Assembly (NCBI GenBank): GCA_951406725.2
Contig: OX597843.1
Location: 17,484,001 to 17,548,000, forward strand
Direction of reading: 5' to 3'
Length of the DNA: 64,000 nucleotides
DNA from: Octopus vulgaris
Taxonomy: Eukaryota
Below, piece after piece: positions 30,714 to 43,959 of this stretch. How positions within the stretch are numbered: the first letter of the stretch is position 1; each line of letters starts with the position of its first letter. The notes below the pieces were generated by a model. That model made no database searches. It was not told where the DNA came from and saw nothing but the letters and a program-made list of their open reading frames with translations. The position numbers were made by a program, and so were the translations under genes.

Positions 30714-31154
30714 CCTTGTATGTTGGATGAATGGTATAATGAAGCAGGGGAAAGAAAGTATATACACGGCATACTACTGTTACTATTACACGAGACTCAA
30801 CGCTCGCTATCAACGGCTCACAGTGAACTGCTACCAACTCGAACTGCCGATCGCTCACAGTTCTTTGTTTTATAACAATGAGTCAGTCCACCTTTACTCA
30901 ATGGGGTGGGCGTGGGGGAATCCTTCTACAATCCTTCCGCAACAATTATTAATATTATTGTAATCTCCGCCATCATCATCTGCACCACCACCACCACCAC
31001 CACCACCACCACCACCACCACCACTTCAACCACCACTTCAACCACCACCACCACCACCACTTCAACCACCACTTCAACCACCACCACCACCACCACCACC
31101 ACCACCACCACCACCACCACCACTTCAACCACCACCACCACCACCAATATATAT

Positions 31155-31291
<137 letters not shown>

Positions 31292-31797
31292 GTTATAAAT
31301 ATATATGCAAATGTACATTAATATACATACACACACACATATGTACACGCACCAACGCGCACTCACACGCACATATATGCACGCGCACACATACATACAC
31401 ATGTATAAATACGTATATGCGTGCACAAACCCGATACAGTCTTCTTATGTCAATTAAATCTTAAATTTTACCTTTTTCCTAACAGACTTCCTCCCTAGAA
31501 TCCATGAAAGATTGAATTCGACACAAACAACCATTATAAAACTATTTGATCATTATTTCAAAAAAAAAAAAATCGTTTATCAAAATTTATTCATTAATTT
31601 AGAAAAAAAAATGCTTAAACTTAAAAAAGGATCTCGAAGCAGATAAAGCTATACAGTATAGCGTGTGAATATTGCGTTAAAATAAAAAAAGCCGATTGGA
31701 TAGAAAATGTCGATGACTCCTCGTGGGATTTGAAACTATATCTTCTGTAAACATGATGGACGTTTTACCGAGCCCCATTGGCAGTCTTCAACTTTTC

Positions 31798-32213
31798 GGA
31801 TCTTTTCGGTTTGAACGGCAGTTTTTAACATAATTTCTAGTTAACTAAACACTTTTAAACTTCGTATACTGGTAGAATGTGTTTATAAAACATCTTTTCT
31901 CTTGGCTTTATTGAGAAAATTCTACAGTTTGTAAGATATTTGTTGTTTTTTCTTCTTCAATTTCTGCAATTTCAACCAATCAATGACGTCTATTGAGGTG
32001 AAAACATTCTGTGCCGTATGAATATGTCCCTCGTTTAAGAAACATATTGGGTTTATTTACATTTCTGAAGAAAAAAAGATACCCTTTCCCCCACCTCTAA
32101 ACCTAACCCTAAAACAGATTGAAATGCAATAGATCGACACTAGGGTAATAATTATGGGTGACAATTTCATATGACACCGATAGAAAAAACTGCCGTTCAA
32201 ACCGAAATGATCC
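31798..32213. mobile_element. MITE with ~28-bp TIRs and an apparent 8-bp TSD (Merlin-like)
   Basis: GGATCTTTTCGGTTTGAACGGCAGTTTT ... AAAACTGCCGTTCAAACCGAAATGATCC; flanks AACTTTTC / AACGTTTC (7/8 match). Superfamily inferred from the GG termini and 8-bp TSD. Confidence 0.78.
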
Positions 32214-32507
32214 AACGTTTCAAGAGATATTCTGAAAGAAAGAATTATTTCACGTTCTCTCTAAAGCTTATAAATTTGTAGAGTAAATCGAAAGATTGCT
32301 TTGGTCAAATGGCAGAACATCTGTCATGTCGATAGGACGTGCAGGTTCCAACCAGTTCCACAAGCCACCTTCAAATGCTTTTATTCCAAGCGTTATTTAA
32401 AACCCAATATTTACATGCTATTATTTATAGTTTTAGGTTTACTTCGAGATCCTCTGTCCCCAAAAAAGAGTTATCTTACGTTCTGTCGAAAGCTTATAAA
32501 ATCCTTA

Positions 32508-32664
32508 TGACGTCAACAACATAATGACGTCAGCAGCATTAAAACGTCAACAAATGTTATTTGATTGGGAACGGTCTATAACTGCTGCTGCTTGTTCGAG
32601 AAAAAACCTCTTTCTGTACATGACTTCCGGTCAAATAAACATCCTTTCGTAGATGACTTCCGGT
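32508..32664. promoter_or_regulatory. Candidate ETS/CRE cis-regulatory module
   Basis: TGACGTCA at 32508 and 32525; ACTTCCGGT (reverse complement of ACCGGAAGT) at 32623 and 32656, in non-repetitive sequence. Confidence 0.45.
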
Positions 32665-32847
32665 CTACGATAACTAAACGTATACCAGGGAAATGTACAG
32701 CTAAACGCCAAAAGAGTTATGACGATGTGGAAGAGAAATGATGATAGCGAACATGTTGAAAATATATATTCTTGAAAATTTGCCTATTTTCCGAAAAATT
32801 TAAGAATGATGTATATAATTCGTATAACGTTCTTACAAATTCATTTT

Positions 32848-32930
<83 letters not shown>

Positions 32931-33481
32931 ATAACAAAGGGTAAAATTAATTAATTAAGAAGTAATCAGTAATTTCACCAAGCAGAATTCGGCATGAAAA
33001 GGATCATTTCGTGGTAAGCTTAAGTAATACTTTATAAATAGGGTTCAGCAACGATTTGCTTCACCACATACCGAAGTTTAGAAATAGCTCCTTTTAGAAG
33101 GAGCCCCTTTTAAAGTAGAAGGAATAGCTAAGATTTTTTGACTGCTATTTCTAAACTTCGGTATGTAGTGAAGCAAATCGTTGCTGAACCCTATTTATAA
33201 AGTGTATATATATATCTAATGTAGGATAAATTTTTTTTCGAAAAATAAATTTTATCAATGGCCAACATATTAAAAAATACCTTTAGAGGTTAAATTTATA
33301 AACAATTCATAAATAAGGGCAAACGAAAAAATTTCTAATGCCAAATATGCCGAAAAATTGGACATGTTGTCCATTAACCATATAATTTTTCGGCATATTT
33401 GGCATTAGAAATTTTTTCTTTTGCCCTTATTTATGAATTATATATATATCGGTACTTAGTTGTGCCATTTATTTACTAATT

Positions 33482-33552
<71 letters not shown>

Positions 33553-33780
33553 TGATGTAAACAGGGAAATAGGACTTCAAATACGAGTATATATATGTAT
33601 ATGCATTTTTCATTCATAAACGGTTGAAGTTACTGTGTGACGACTAGGAGTTTCGTGCGTTGGAAATTAAAAGTGTTAACACACGAAACTCTTGCCCCCT
33701 GAGTCACGCAGTGACATCTACCGGTGTATATACTTACACACAAACACACACATATATATATACATATATATATGTCTATA

Positions 33781-33843
<63 letters not shown>

Positions 33844-34021
33844 TCACACACACATATACATATATATACACGTATATATATAGGTATATGTATATATTCA
33901 TATACGTGTATATATACGTAAATATATATTATATTGTCTCTAAAAATGCCACGAGTGTGTGTATGTATATATCGTTAGCTCCTACACGCATTTTTTTCTC
34001 TCCTTGTTTCTTTTCTGTGTA

Positions 34022-34059
34022 TCTTTCTGTCGAAGAGCGTAGGCTCGAAACGTAAAAGA
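34022..34059 (+). ncRNA. Minimal hammerhead-like motif (A6U variant) in a short TA-embedded element
   Basis: UCUUU CUGUCGA A GAGC GUAG GCUC GAA ACGU A AAAGA, with palindromic ACGU stem III. The host element spans about 33975-34158. Confidence 0.6.
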
Positions 34060-34192
34060 CTTGTTCTATTTCTATTCCTGAGCGCTATACTAATACATTT
34101 GTTTGTTTGTACTCCATCTGTCTTCGTCTTTTGTTTATTTTCGTAAACTTTCCCGTTATATATATATATATATATTCATATATATACGTGTG

Positions 34193-34239
<47 letters not shown>

Positions 34240-34532
34240 TTTATGAAAAAGCAGCAGAAATATCACAAAAACTGTTACTCAGAGTTTCACTTCCCGACGA
34301 ACGGGAACGTGAAACTCTGAGTAACAATTTTTGTGATATTTATGCTGCTTTTTCATAAAGCATATTACTCTATCTCTGGTATTCGAGTACTATTTTTTTC
34401 GTACCTTGTTTTGTACCTTTTTTGAGTTTGTACCTTGTTTTGCATTTATGTGCTTACTCTGGTGTGTGTGTATGTGTGTGCGTGTGTGTGTGTGTGTGTA
34501 TATATAATACAGGCCGATCAGTAAGTTGTCAT

Positions 34533-34575
34533 AATAGAACTCAGAGTTTCAAATACTGCATTTTCCACAGCTACT
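34533..34575 (-). ncRNA. Hammerhead-like motif (A6U variant)
   Basis: Minus strand: AGUAG CUGUGGA AAAU GCAGU AUUU GAA ACUC U GAGU U CUAUU; stems I-III pair. Confidence 0.52.
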
Positions 34576-34606
34576 TAGACGATATGAAAGAAACCGTATA
34601 TATATA

Positions 34607-34671
<65 letters not shown>

Positions 34672-35087
34672 GCATATATGTGTACGTGTGTGTGTAAATG
34701 TATGTTATACAAATTTGGTGGAGGTTGTATAATGACTTGTATGTTTGTTTATGTGCATGCATATACACATATGTATGTATATGTGTGTCTCTCAGGGTGT
34801 GTGATAGAGTGTGAGTGTTATATTTGCGTGTGTATACATAAAGAGAATTTCGGAGAGAATTGGAAAGGTCTATATATGGTAGACATCATTTGATTTATTC
34901 CGAGTTAGAGAAACTTGAGGCTGACACTGCAATGATAGAGCAGAGAAAATATACAGGGTAGAAGGGGTGTACACCTACATACATAGGAACGTACATACAA
35001 GCATCCATAGATATATATACATTAAATACACCCACATATATATATATATTAATTGAAGTGTACATTATAACATATCAATTACGGTCG

Positions 35088-35172
35088 ATCTTATCAATCG
35101 GTTTCGCACGCTAGGGGTTCAACGGAGTGTTAGGTAGCACTCTGATTATGTAACTCTGTGCTCATCAGAGAT
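35088..35172 (-). ncRNA. Hammerhead ribozyme motif, canonical core, imperfect stem III
   Basis: Minus strand: AUCU CUGAUGA GCAC [long loop containing a GAGUG/CACUC hairpin] GUGC GAA ACCGAUUGAU A AGAU. One C-A mismatch in stem III; AUA triplet. Confidence 0.68.
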
Positions 35173-35522
35173 AGCTGTTGTGGAATGAAGTATAGCGACT
35201 GCTGTGTATATATACATATACATATACATATATATATATATAAATACATATATAAGCATACATATATATATACACACACATATATATATACACATATATA
35301 TATATACACATATATATACACATATATATACATATATATACATATATATACATATATATACATATATATATATACACACATATATATACATATATATATA
35401 CACACATATATATAAACATATATATATATACATATACATATATATACATGCATATTATATATATATACATACACACGCACACACGCACACATACGTGCGG
35501 ACATACATCTATGATTTGTTTA

Positions 35523-35599
<77 letters not shown>

Positions 35600-35769
35600 A
35601 TGTGATTCTTTTTACAATTAGGAAATTATGCGTACACATGAATATATTTATACACAAACACACACACATATATATATATATATATGTACGTATGCGTGTG
35701 AATGTATGTGTGGATGTATGTATATATGTTTATATATATGTATGTACGTATATATATATATATATATAT

Positions 35770-35824
<55 letters not shown>

Positions 35825-35847
35825 TACATATATATATATATTATATA

Positions 35848-35879
<32 letters not shown>

Positions 35880-36117
35880 CATGTATATATATAAATAAAT
35901 ATATGTGAATGCATATATCTATAAATACACATACATATATATATATATATACATATATATATGTATATATATATGTGTGTTGTGTGTGCATATATATATG
36001 TGTATGTCTGTATGTATGTGTGTGTGTATGTGTGTGAGTAAAGATTGAATTAATCGTTTGATATTCAATGCCATTCATTGAAACTTTTTATATTTTTCAA
36101 TATCAATATCATTTTAC

Positions 36118-36172
<55 letters not shown>

Positions 36173-36224
36173 TATCATTATTATTAATATCATCATCATT
36201 TGTTTGTTTTTTGTTTGTGTTTTG

Positions 36225-36757
36225 TTAAGCGTAACAGGAGCCCAGATGTGATGGTACGTGACCGGCCGGATTTGAAACCATGTGATTCTGGATGTTGGGG
36301 TAGATGTTAGCGGCGTTCGGTGTTGACCAATAAGAAGCCGGTGCGGCAAATAGACCGGAAGCTGCCGAGTGCGGCACACCGGAATGGGCGTTGATGAAGT
36401 TCATTTTTGAGCTCGTGTATCCAGTGAGAAAGAGGTCCTGTTGATAACGGTAGCTGGTGGGGTCGGCCGTTGACGGCTGCATGGCCTGAGCCAGACCGGC
36501 GAAGTCGAACTTGTAAGCGTAGCGTTTGCCGTGTACCTTTGTCATGATGTTCTTGTCGTAATAATAGCGAAGGGCACGGCTGAGTTTGTCGTAGTTCATG
36601 TTGGGTTTGCTCTTGCGCTCGCCCCAACGCCGGGCCACCTCGTCCGGGTCCACCAGTTTGAACTCCCCGTTCGTGCCTTCCCATGTGATGCAGCTGGCAT
36701 TGTTACTGTCTGAGAGAAGCTCCAGGAGGAATTGCCACAACTGGATTTGGCCACTTC
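36225..36757 (-). CDS. ERG: Terminal coding exon of an ERG/FLI1-family ETS transcription factor (ETS domain plus C-terminal tail)
   Basis: Translates (G)[16 protein letters not shown]...[42 protein letters not shown]...HLGSCYA*, the ERG/FLI ETS signature. Phase-1 acceptor ttttttctatattgcag ends at 36758; TAA stop at 36227-36225. The N-terminus of ORF 36225..36851 is intron read-through. Confidence 0.96.
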
Positions 36758-36974
36758 CTGCAATATAGAAAAAAAAGGAGGCTGAGATAAGAAAGATTAA
36801 ACATACAAATAAGGACTTGTAGGCAGACGGTGTTGCGTTGTGCAACCACAATATGCTACGAAGTATAGGAAACGTTTTTATAAGTCAATGCCGTCTACTT
36901 GTGTGTTAGCAGTGCACTTAAATCACGTGTTATAGAAATTATAGCCAGCAGGGATTTTGGTACATCGTTTCGTA

Positions 36975-37023
<49 letters not shown>

Positions 37024-37269
37024 CAAGCTATACAACATATTCACTCGGATAAAGTGTAAGGTTTAGATTTATTGAATTCTTTTCAAGGAAATCCGTCTTT
37101 CGTAGAAAGATTTCTTACTTTTGAGAGGAAGATCATTTGTATGTGTGTGAACGCACCTGCGTATGCTTGTGTGTGTGTGTATGTGTCTATTGTGCATAAC
37201 TGCAGGAATGGAATTGGAGGGGGGGGGGGGGGCAAGGTATAATTTTTGGAATATTAAAACAAACACAGG

Positions 37270-37728
37270 TATAATAAACTTTTCTATTCTAGGTACAAGA
37301 TCTTTAATTTGTGGGGAGGAGGGTAGTCGGTCACATCGACCCCAGTACTTGAACTCGGAACGTAGCGACGGGCGAAATACCTATTTCTTTACTACCCACA
37401 AGGGGCTAAACACAGAGAGGACAATCAATGACAGACAAACGGATTAAGTCGATTATATCGACCCCAGTGCGTAACTGGTACTTTTTTTACTCAACCCTTA
37501 AAGGATGAAAGGCAAAGTCGACCTCGGCAGAATTTGAACTCAGAACGTAGCGGCAGAAGAAATGCCTATTTCTTTACTACCCACAAGGGGCTAAACACAG
37601 AGAGGACAAACAAGGACAGGCAAAGGGATTAAGTCGATTACATCGACGCCAGTGCGTAACTGGTACTTATTTAATCGACCCCGAAAGGATGAAAGGCAAA
37701 GTCGACCTCGACGGAATTTGAACTCAGG
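37270..37728 (-). mobile_element. SINE family 2 tandem units inside the last ERG intron
   Basis: Reverse complement of the 6700-7270 units. Confidence 0.8.
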
Positions 37729-37824
37729 CGTGCACACACATACATACACATGCACACACACACACACACACATATATTAAAGTAAAGCATAGAAAGAAAG
37801 GCGGTGGAGCACCAGTTCCCTTAC

Positions 37825-37872
37825 CTGTGTTACAAAGTCGATTCGAGATTTGCCGGAAGAATTTGTAAGGAT
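37825..37872 (-). CDS. ERG: Penultimate 48-nt coding exon of the ERG/FLI gene (DPYKFFRQISNRLCNTG)
   Basis: Flanked by ttttgttctttcttcag and gtaagg, phase 1-1, and splices in frame to GSGQIQLW. Corresponds to the vertebrate ERG/FLI1 DPYQILGPTSSRLANPG exon. Missing from the ORF track. Confidence 0.9.
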
Positions 37873-37929
37873 CTGAAGAAAGAACAAAAGAAAATAGAAT
37901 CAGATTTCATCACCTGCATGTTGTTGTTG

Positions 37930-38501
37930 TTGTTTCATTTTGTAGACGGCGGCCATGCTGGGGCACCGCCGTGAAAGGAATAAGTCGAACAAATCGACCC
38001 TTGTACGTTGTTTTTTTTTTTTATTTAAGTCTGGTCTATATTCTATCGAACCCTTGTGCCGAACCGCTATGTTACAGGTACTTAAACAAACCAACGCCAG
38101 CGGTGAAAGTGGTGACACACAGACACAAACACAAAGAACACACACACACGGCAGGCTTCCATACAGTTTCCATCTACCAAATCCATTCACAAGGCATTGC
38201 TCGGCCCAGAGTCATAGTAAAGGACATTTGCCCAAGGTGGCGCTCTGTGAGACTGAACTGAAAATTAGAGGTCCTCAATGGTTTAATTGTCTCTCTCTCT
38301 CTCTTTTACTTGTTTCAGTCATTTGACTGCGGCCATGCTGGAGCACCGCCTTTTAGTCGAGCAAATCGACCCCGAGACTTATTCTTTGTAAGCCCAGTAC
38401 TTATTCTATCAGTCTCTTTTTGCCGAACCGCTAGGTGACGGGGACGTAAACACACCAGCATCGGTTGTCAAGCAATGCTAGGGGGACAAACACAGACACA
38501 C

Positions 38502-38581
<80 letters not shown>

Positions 38582-38751
38582 TATACATATATACGACGGG
38601 CTTCTTTCAGTTTCCGTCTACCAAATCCACTCACAAGGCTTTGGTCGGCCCGAGGCTATAGTAGAAGACACTCGCCCAAGATGCCACGCAGTGAGACCGA
38701 ACCCGGAACCATGTGGCTCGTAAGCAAGCTACTTACCACACAGCCACTCCT
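37930..38751 (-). mobile_element. Two adjacent SINE family 1 copies (diverged 37930-38260; intact 38302-38751)
   Basis: Family-diagnostic blocks occur twice. Confidence 0.8.
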
Positions 38752-39216
38752 AAGCCGAAAGAAATAAGAAAAAGGGGCTTCTACTGGAACATTATGAAAA
38801 AAAAAAAAAAGGCATTGGCTAAACTCGTATCGACGGCAGCGGACCAGTTGACCATTCAAGGATACCCTCGAAGGGGATCAGCTGCTACAAACTCAATCAA
38901 AGACCAACTTCCAGCCATAAAGCGTCAATAGAAACGAACGAAAATAGATTAAGGCGGTGCTCCAGCGTGGCCGCAGTCCTACCACTGGAACCATTGAAAG
39001 AAGAAAAGAATGTTGTTGCAAAGTCCGACGTTTTTTTTTTGTAGCCACACAGACATGCTTGCTACTGTCTCAGACAAAATAAATAATTTAAGATGGAATA
39101 AATTAAGAACGAGACGATGGAAAGATGTCAGAGAATGTTTATTGAAGTCGAATGTACGACATGGCTTCTGTTAATAAGTTTTACAGACAAATCCACAGTC
39201 TTTATGCCCCGACTGT

Positions 39217-39300
<84 letters not shown>

Positions 39301-39662
39301 CTACATACATATCTACATGCATGCATACATACATACACACACACACATACATATCAACATGAATCCATACATATATACATATATATATATATACATATGC
39401 ATACATTTGTGGATAGATAGATAAGTTTAGATATACATACACAAATACATGCACACACACACATACACACATACATAAATATATGCGTGTGTGTATATAT
39501 ACATACATATATATATGTGCGAATGTATATATATATATATATATATACAGACAGACATACATGTGTATGTGTATATATATATAGTATATATATCTATATA
39601 TATATATATACATATATATATAGAGAGAGATAGATATAGATATACATACATATATATAAGTG

Positions 39663-39739
<77 letters not shown>

Positions 39740-39999
39740 ATATATACATACATAGATATATATGTGTGTGAATACATAAATATACATGCATATATATATA
39801 CACATATATACATATATATGTGCTCAGAGATTTATTATTGTATACACACACGTACATATATGTTTATATATATGCATATGTTTTATTTATTAATATATAT
39901 ATATATAGTTAATCCAAACAAGAAAGCACAAAAAAGATACAACACGAGGACGTGGAATATATATAGTATTATTGGACGCTCAGGAAAGAAGGAAAGAAG

Positions 40000-40059
<60 letters not shown>

Positions 40060-40570
40060 TGAATGAATTATCCTATGTTTATCGTCAGCATGGAAAATTC
40101 GTTCGACTCCATTCTTTCATTTAGTCATATATATATATATATATAGATGCAGGCAGACGATTAGAAAGACTTATGAATCGCATATACATCTGTACATCCG
40201 TGTGTCCGTGTGTCCATGTGTGTGCACATATGGCTATGTATGAGCTATTTGTTTCATATTTTTGTTTGAGTTTTATACAAATTGTTTGTTAAGAGAGGTC
40301 GGAGCGGACGCTCCCAAAGCGACAAGACCCTCCTGAGTTAAGAGAGTTGCCGGTGTTTGTAAATATGATGTGGTGTTGGTCGGATGGTCGAGCTGGCGAG
40401 GTGTGCGTGTATTATTAGATATATACATTCATCGACGGACGGATGCAGGCATATGTCTATATGGTTCAGTCTATATATGTACACTCACTGACATACACAC
40501 ACACACGCACACATACCTATATATATGGATTTATTCATAGTCACATAATGTATATGTATACATAGGCCTA

Positions 40571-40851
<281 letters not shown>

Positions 40852-41106
40852 TTATATATGTGGTCTATGTATGTATATATATATATATATACTTTTATTG
40901 TTTCATATGTTTCAGCCCTATGATTGTACGATTATGGCCATATATATTCGTGTGTATGAGCGTGTGTATCTATACATATATATGTATATACAATATACAT
41001 ACATAGACATATAAAGGTATGTATGTCCGAGTACAATCACATGTGTATCTTGTTTCCAGCGTACATTATCGGGGTAGATACATCTTTCCACACACACACA
41101 CACACA

Positions 41107-41141
<35 letters not shown>

Positions 41142-41438
41142 GACGGGCTTCTTTCAGTTTCCGTCTTCCAAATCCACTCACAAGGCTTTGGTCGTACCGA
41201 GGCTATAGTAGAAGACACTTGCTCAAGATGCCACGCAGTGGGACTGAACCCGGAACCATGTGGTTGGTGAGCAAGCTACTTACCACACAGCCACTCCTGT
41301 ATATATAGTTATACATGTGCACAGGCATGCTGGAGTGAAAAAAGAGAAAAAAGAAGTAATGAGTTTGGTGCGTGGTTCACATGAAGCGTTCTCCAGTTTG
41401 CGAAGTGACATTCACGAAACTCTTCGCCGTTGACATAG

Positions 41439-41523
<85 letters not shown>

Positions 41524-41634
41524 TATCCACAAATACACACACACACACATTCACTCACTCACTCGCACATATACATATAGGTATGCATACATGCAAATAT
41601 ATACTTTATATATATGTTCTCTTTCTCTCTTTTC

Positions 41635-41835
41635 TCTTTTACTTGTTTCAGTCATTTGACTGCAGCCATGCTGGAGCACCGCCTTTAATCAAGCAACTCG
41701 ACCCCGGGACTTATTCTTTTGTAAGCCCAGTACTTATTCTATCGGTCTCTTTTGCCGAACCACTAAGTGACGGGGATGTAAACACACCAGCATCGGTTGT
41801 CAAGCAATGCTAGGGGGACAAACACAGACACACAA

Positions 41836-41882
<47 letters not shown>

Positions 41883-42046
41883 CGACGGGCTTCTTTCAGT
41901 TTCCGTCTACCAAATCCACTCACAAGGCATTGGTCGGCCCGAGGCTATAGTAGAAGACACTTGCCCAAGGTGCCACGCAGTGGGACTGAACCCAGAACCA
42001 TGTGGTTGGTAAGCAAGTTACTTACCACACAGCCACTCCTGCGCCT
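41635..42046 (-). mobile_element. SINE family 1, full length (5' half copy also at 41138-41299)
   Basis: Same structure as 3800-4208. Confidence 0.85.
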
Positions 42047-42157
42047 ATATATATATCGTTATATGTATATATGTATTTGCATGTATATATATGTGTATGT
42101 ATGTGTGTATGTATATATATATGTATATATGTATGTGTATGTATGTATATATGTATG

Positions 42158-42190
<33 letters not shown>

Positions 42191-42334
42191 TTATGTATAT
42201 ATATGCGTATGTATATATGTGTGTATGTGTGCTTGTATGTGTGTATGTATGTATTTATCCATCGACTCTTATCAGTTTATCTTCCTATCTATTCGCATAT
42301 ACGCATTCGTGTGTGTGTATGTGTGTGCGTGCGT

Positions 42335-42369
<35 letters not shown>

Positions 42370-42957
42370 ATCGTGTGTGTGTGTGTGCCTGCGTGTATAG
42401 TGTGTAGGGACTGCTCAATGAGGCTTACTACAAAGATTCGTCTGGGAATCTGTGTGAATCAACAACAACGAAAACAAAAGCATCATCATCATCATCATCA
42501 CCAACAACAACAACATCATTAAATCTGATCTATTCATTCAGTCATTTACATTGTGTAAATACAAGACAATCGGCCCCCCCCCAACCCCATCGCATCATCC
42601 CTCCCCTCTTCCTTACACCCCACCCGCAGCCATCACATCCGTCTGTCAGTCTGTCTTTTTGTCTGTCTGCCTCCCTCTCTTTCTACCCCTTTCCCACCCC
42701 TTTTCCTCACCGTTTGTTGCCTGACATTTTATACACAACTTCTGTGAATGGCGACACTCACCATGTGATGTGGTGGCTGTAATTAATGGCTCAAACCACA
42801 AGAGAAATAAAAACATTGACATCGATATGACTCTCAAGCATATAGCGTAATGGTTAAGAGCGCGGGATACTAACCCCAGGTATTCCGCGTTCGATTCTAG
42901 GCAGTGATCTGATTAATAATAATATCGAAAAATACATTATCTATGAACCCTTTTATA

Positions 42958-43361
42958 GGCGCAGGAGTGGCTGTGTGGTAAGTAGCTTGCTAACCAGCCA
43001 CATGGTTTCGGGTTCAGTCCCAGTGCGTGGCACCTTGGGCAAGTGTCTTCTGCTATAGCCCCGGGCCTACCAATGCCTTGTGAGTGGATTTGGTAGACGG
43101 AAACTGAAAGAAGCCCGTCGTATATATGTATATATATATATATATATATGTAGGTGAGTTTGTGTTTGTGTGTTTGTCCCCCTAGCATTGCTTGACAACC
43201 GATGCTGGTGTGTTTACGTCCTCGTAACTTAGCGGTTCGGCAAAAAGAGACCGATAGAATAAGTACTGGGCTTACAAAGAATAAGTCCCGGGGTCGATTT
43301 GCTCGACTAAAGGCAGTGCTCCAGCATGGCCGCAGTCAAAATGACTGAAGCAAGTAAAAGA
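42958..43361 (+). mobile_element. SINE family 1, full length
   Basis: Same structure in plus orientation. Confidence 0.85.
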
Positions 43362-43959
43362 TATTGGAAAATCTTCGTTACATCAACGGCCAGCAACAAA
43401 TGCACGTGAAGGCGCGTGGCTTAGTGGTTAGGGTGCTCCGTTCACGGTCATAAGGCCGTCAGTTCGATTCCCTGCGGTGCACTGTATCCTTGAGCAAGAC
43501 ACTTTATTTCACGTTGCTCCAATCCACTCAGCTGGCAAAAATGAGTTATATCTGTAATTCAAAAAGGGGCCAGCCGTGTCACACTTTGTGTCACGCTGAA
43601 TCTCCCTGAGAATTCCATTAAGGGTATTCAATGTGTGTGGGGTACTCGACCACTAGTTTATTTTATCTCTCATCCTGCATTGTTCCGGCCTCACCCAACA
43701 GGCCAGGTAAGACGAGGGGGCCTGCGCCGTCATAGCGCGTTGCTGTATTTACCATTTGAAATATATTCCCGGGCACCCCCCGGTCATCCCCCGATCACCC
43801 CCGGTCATCCCCGGTCGCCCCCCGGGGGCGATCACTCGAGCATGGTCGCAGACATCTGCTTTGACCATGTGGTACGCGGTCGACCTGTGGTATGTTTGAC
43901 TACCTTCAAACAGGCCACACCATCATTGGTGAGTACTATACCAACTTGCTATCAAGACC

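Noticed and set aside
36758-36851. N-terminal extension of the ETS ORF (MWLHNATP...)
   Set aside because: Intronic: a strong acceptor at 36758 and a matching upstream exon explain the gene structure.
41283-41350. Strong minus-strand acceptor followed by a SINE-derived GTAAGT donor
   Set aside because: The resulting exon would not preserve frame and the donor is present in every SINE copy; no further support.
42836-42910. tRNA-like sequence with A and B boxes
   Set aside because: No convincing cloverleaf or acceptor stem, and it ends in an AAT tail; more likely a SINE head fragment.
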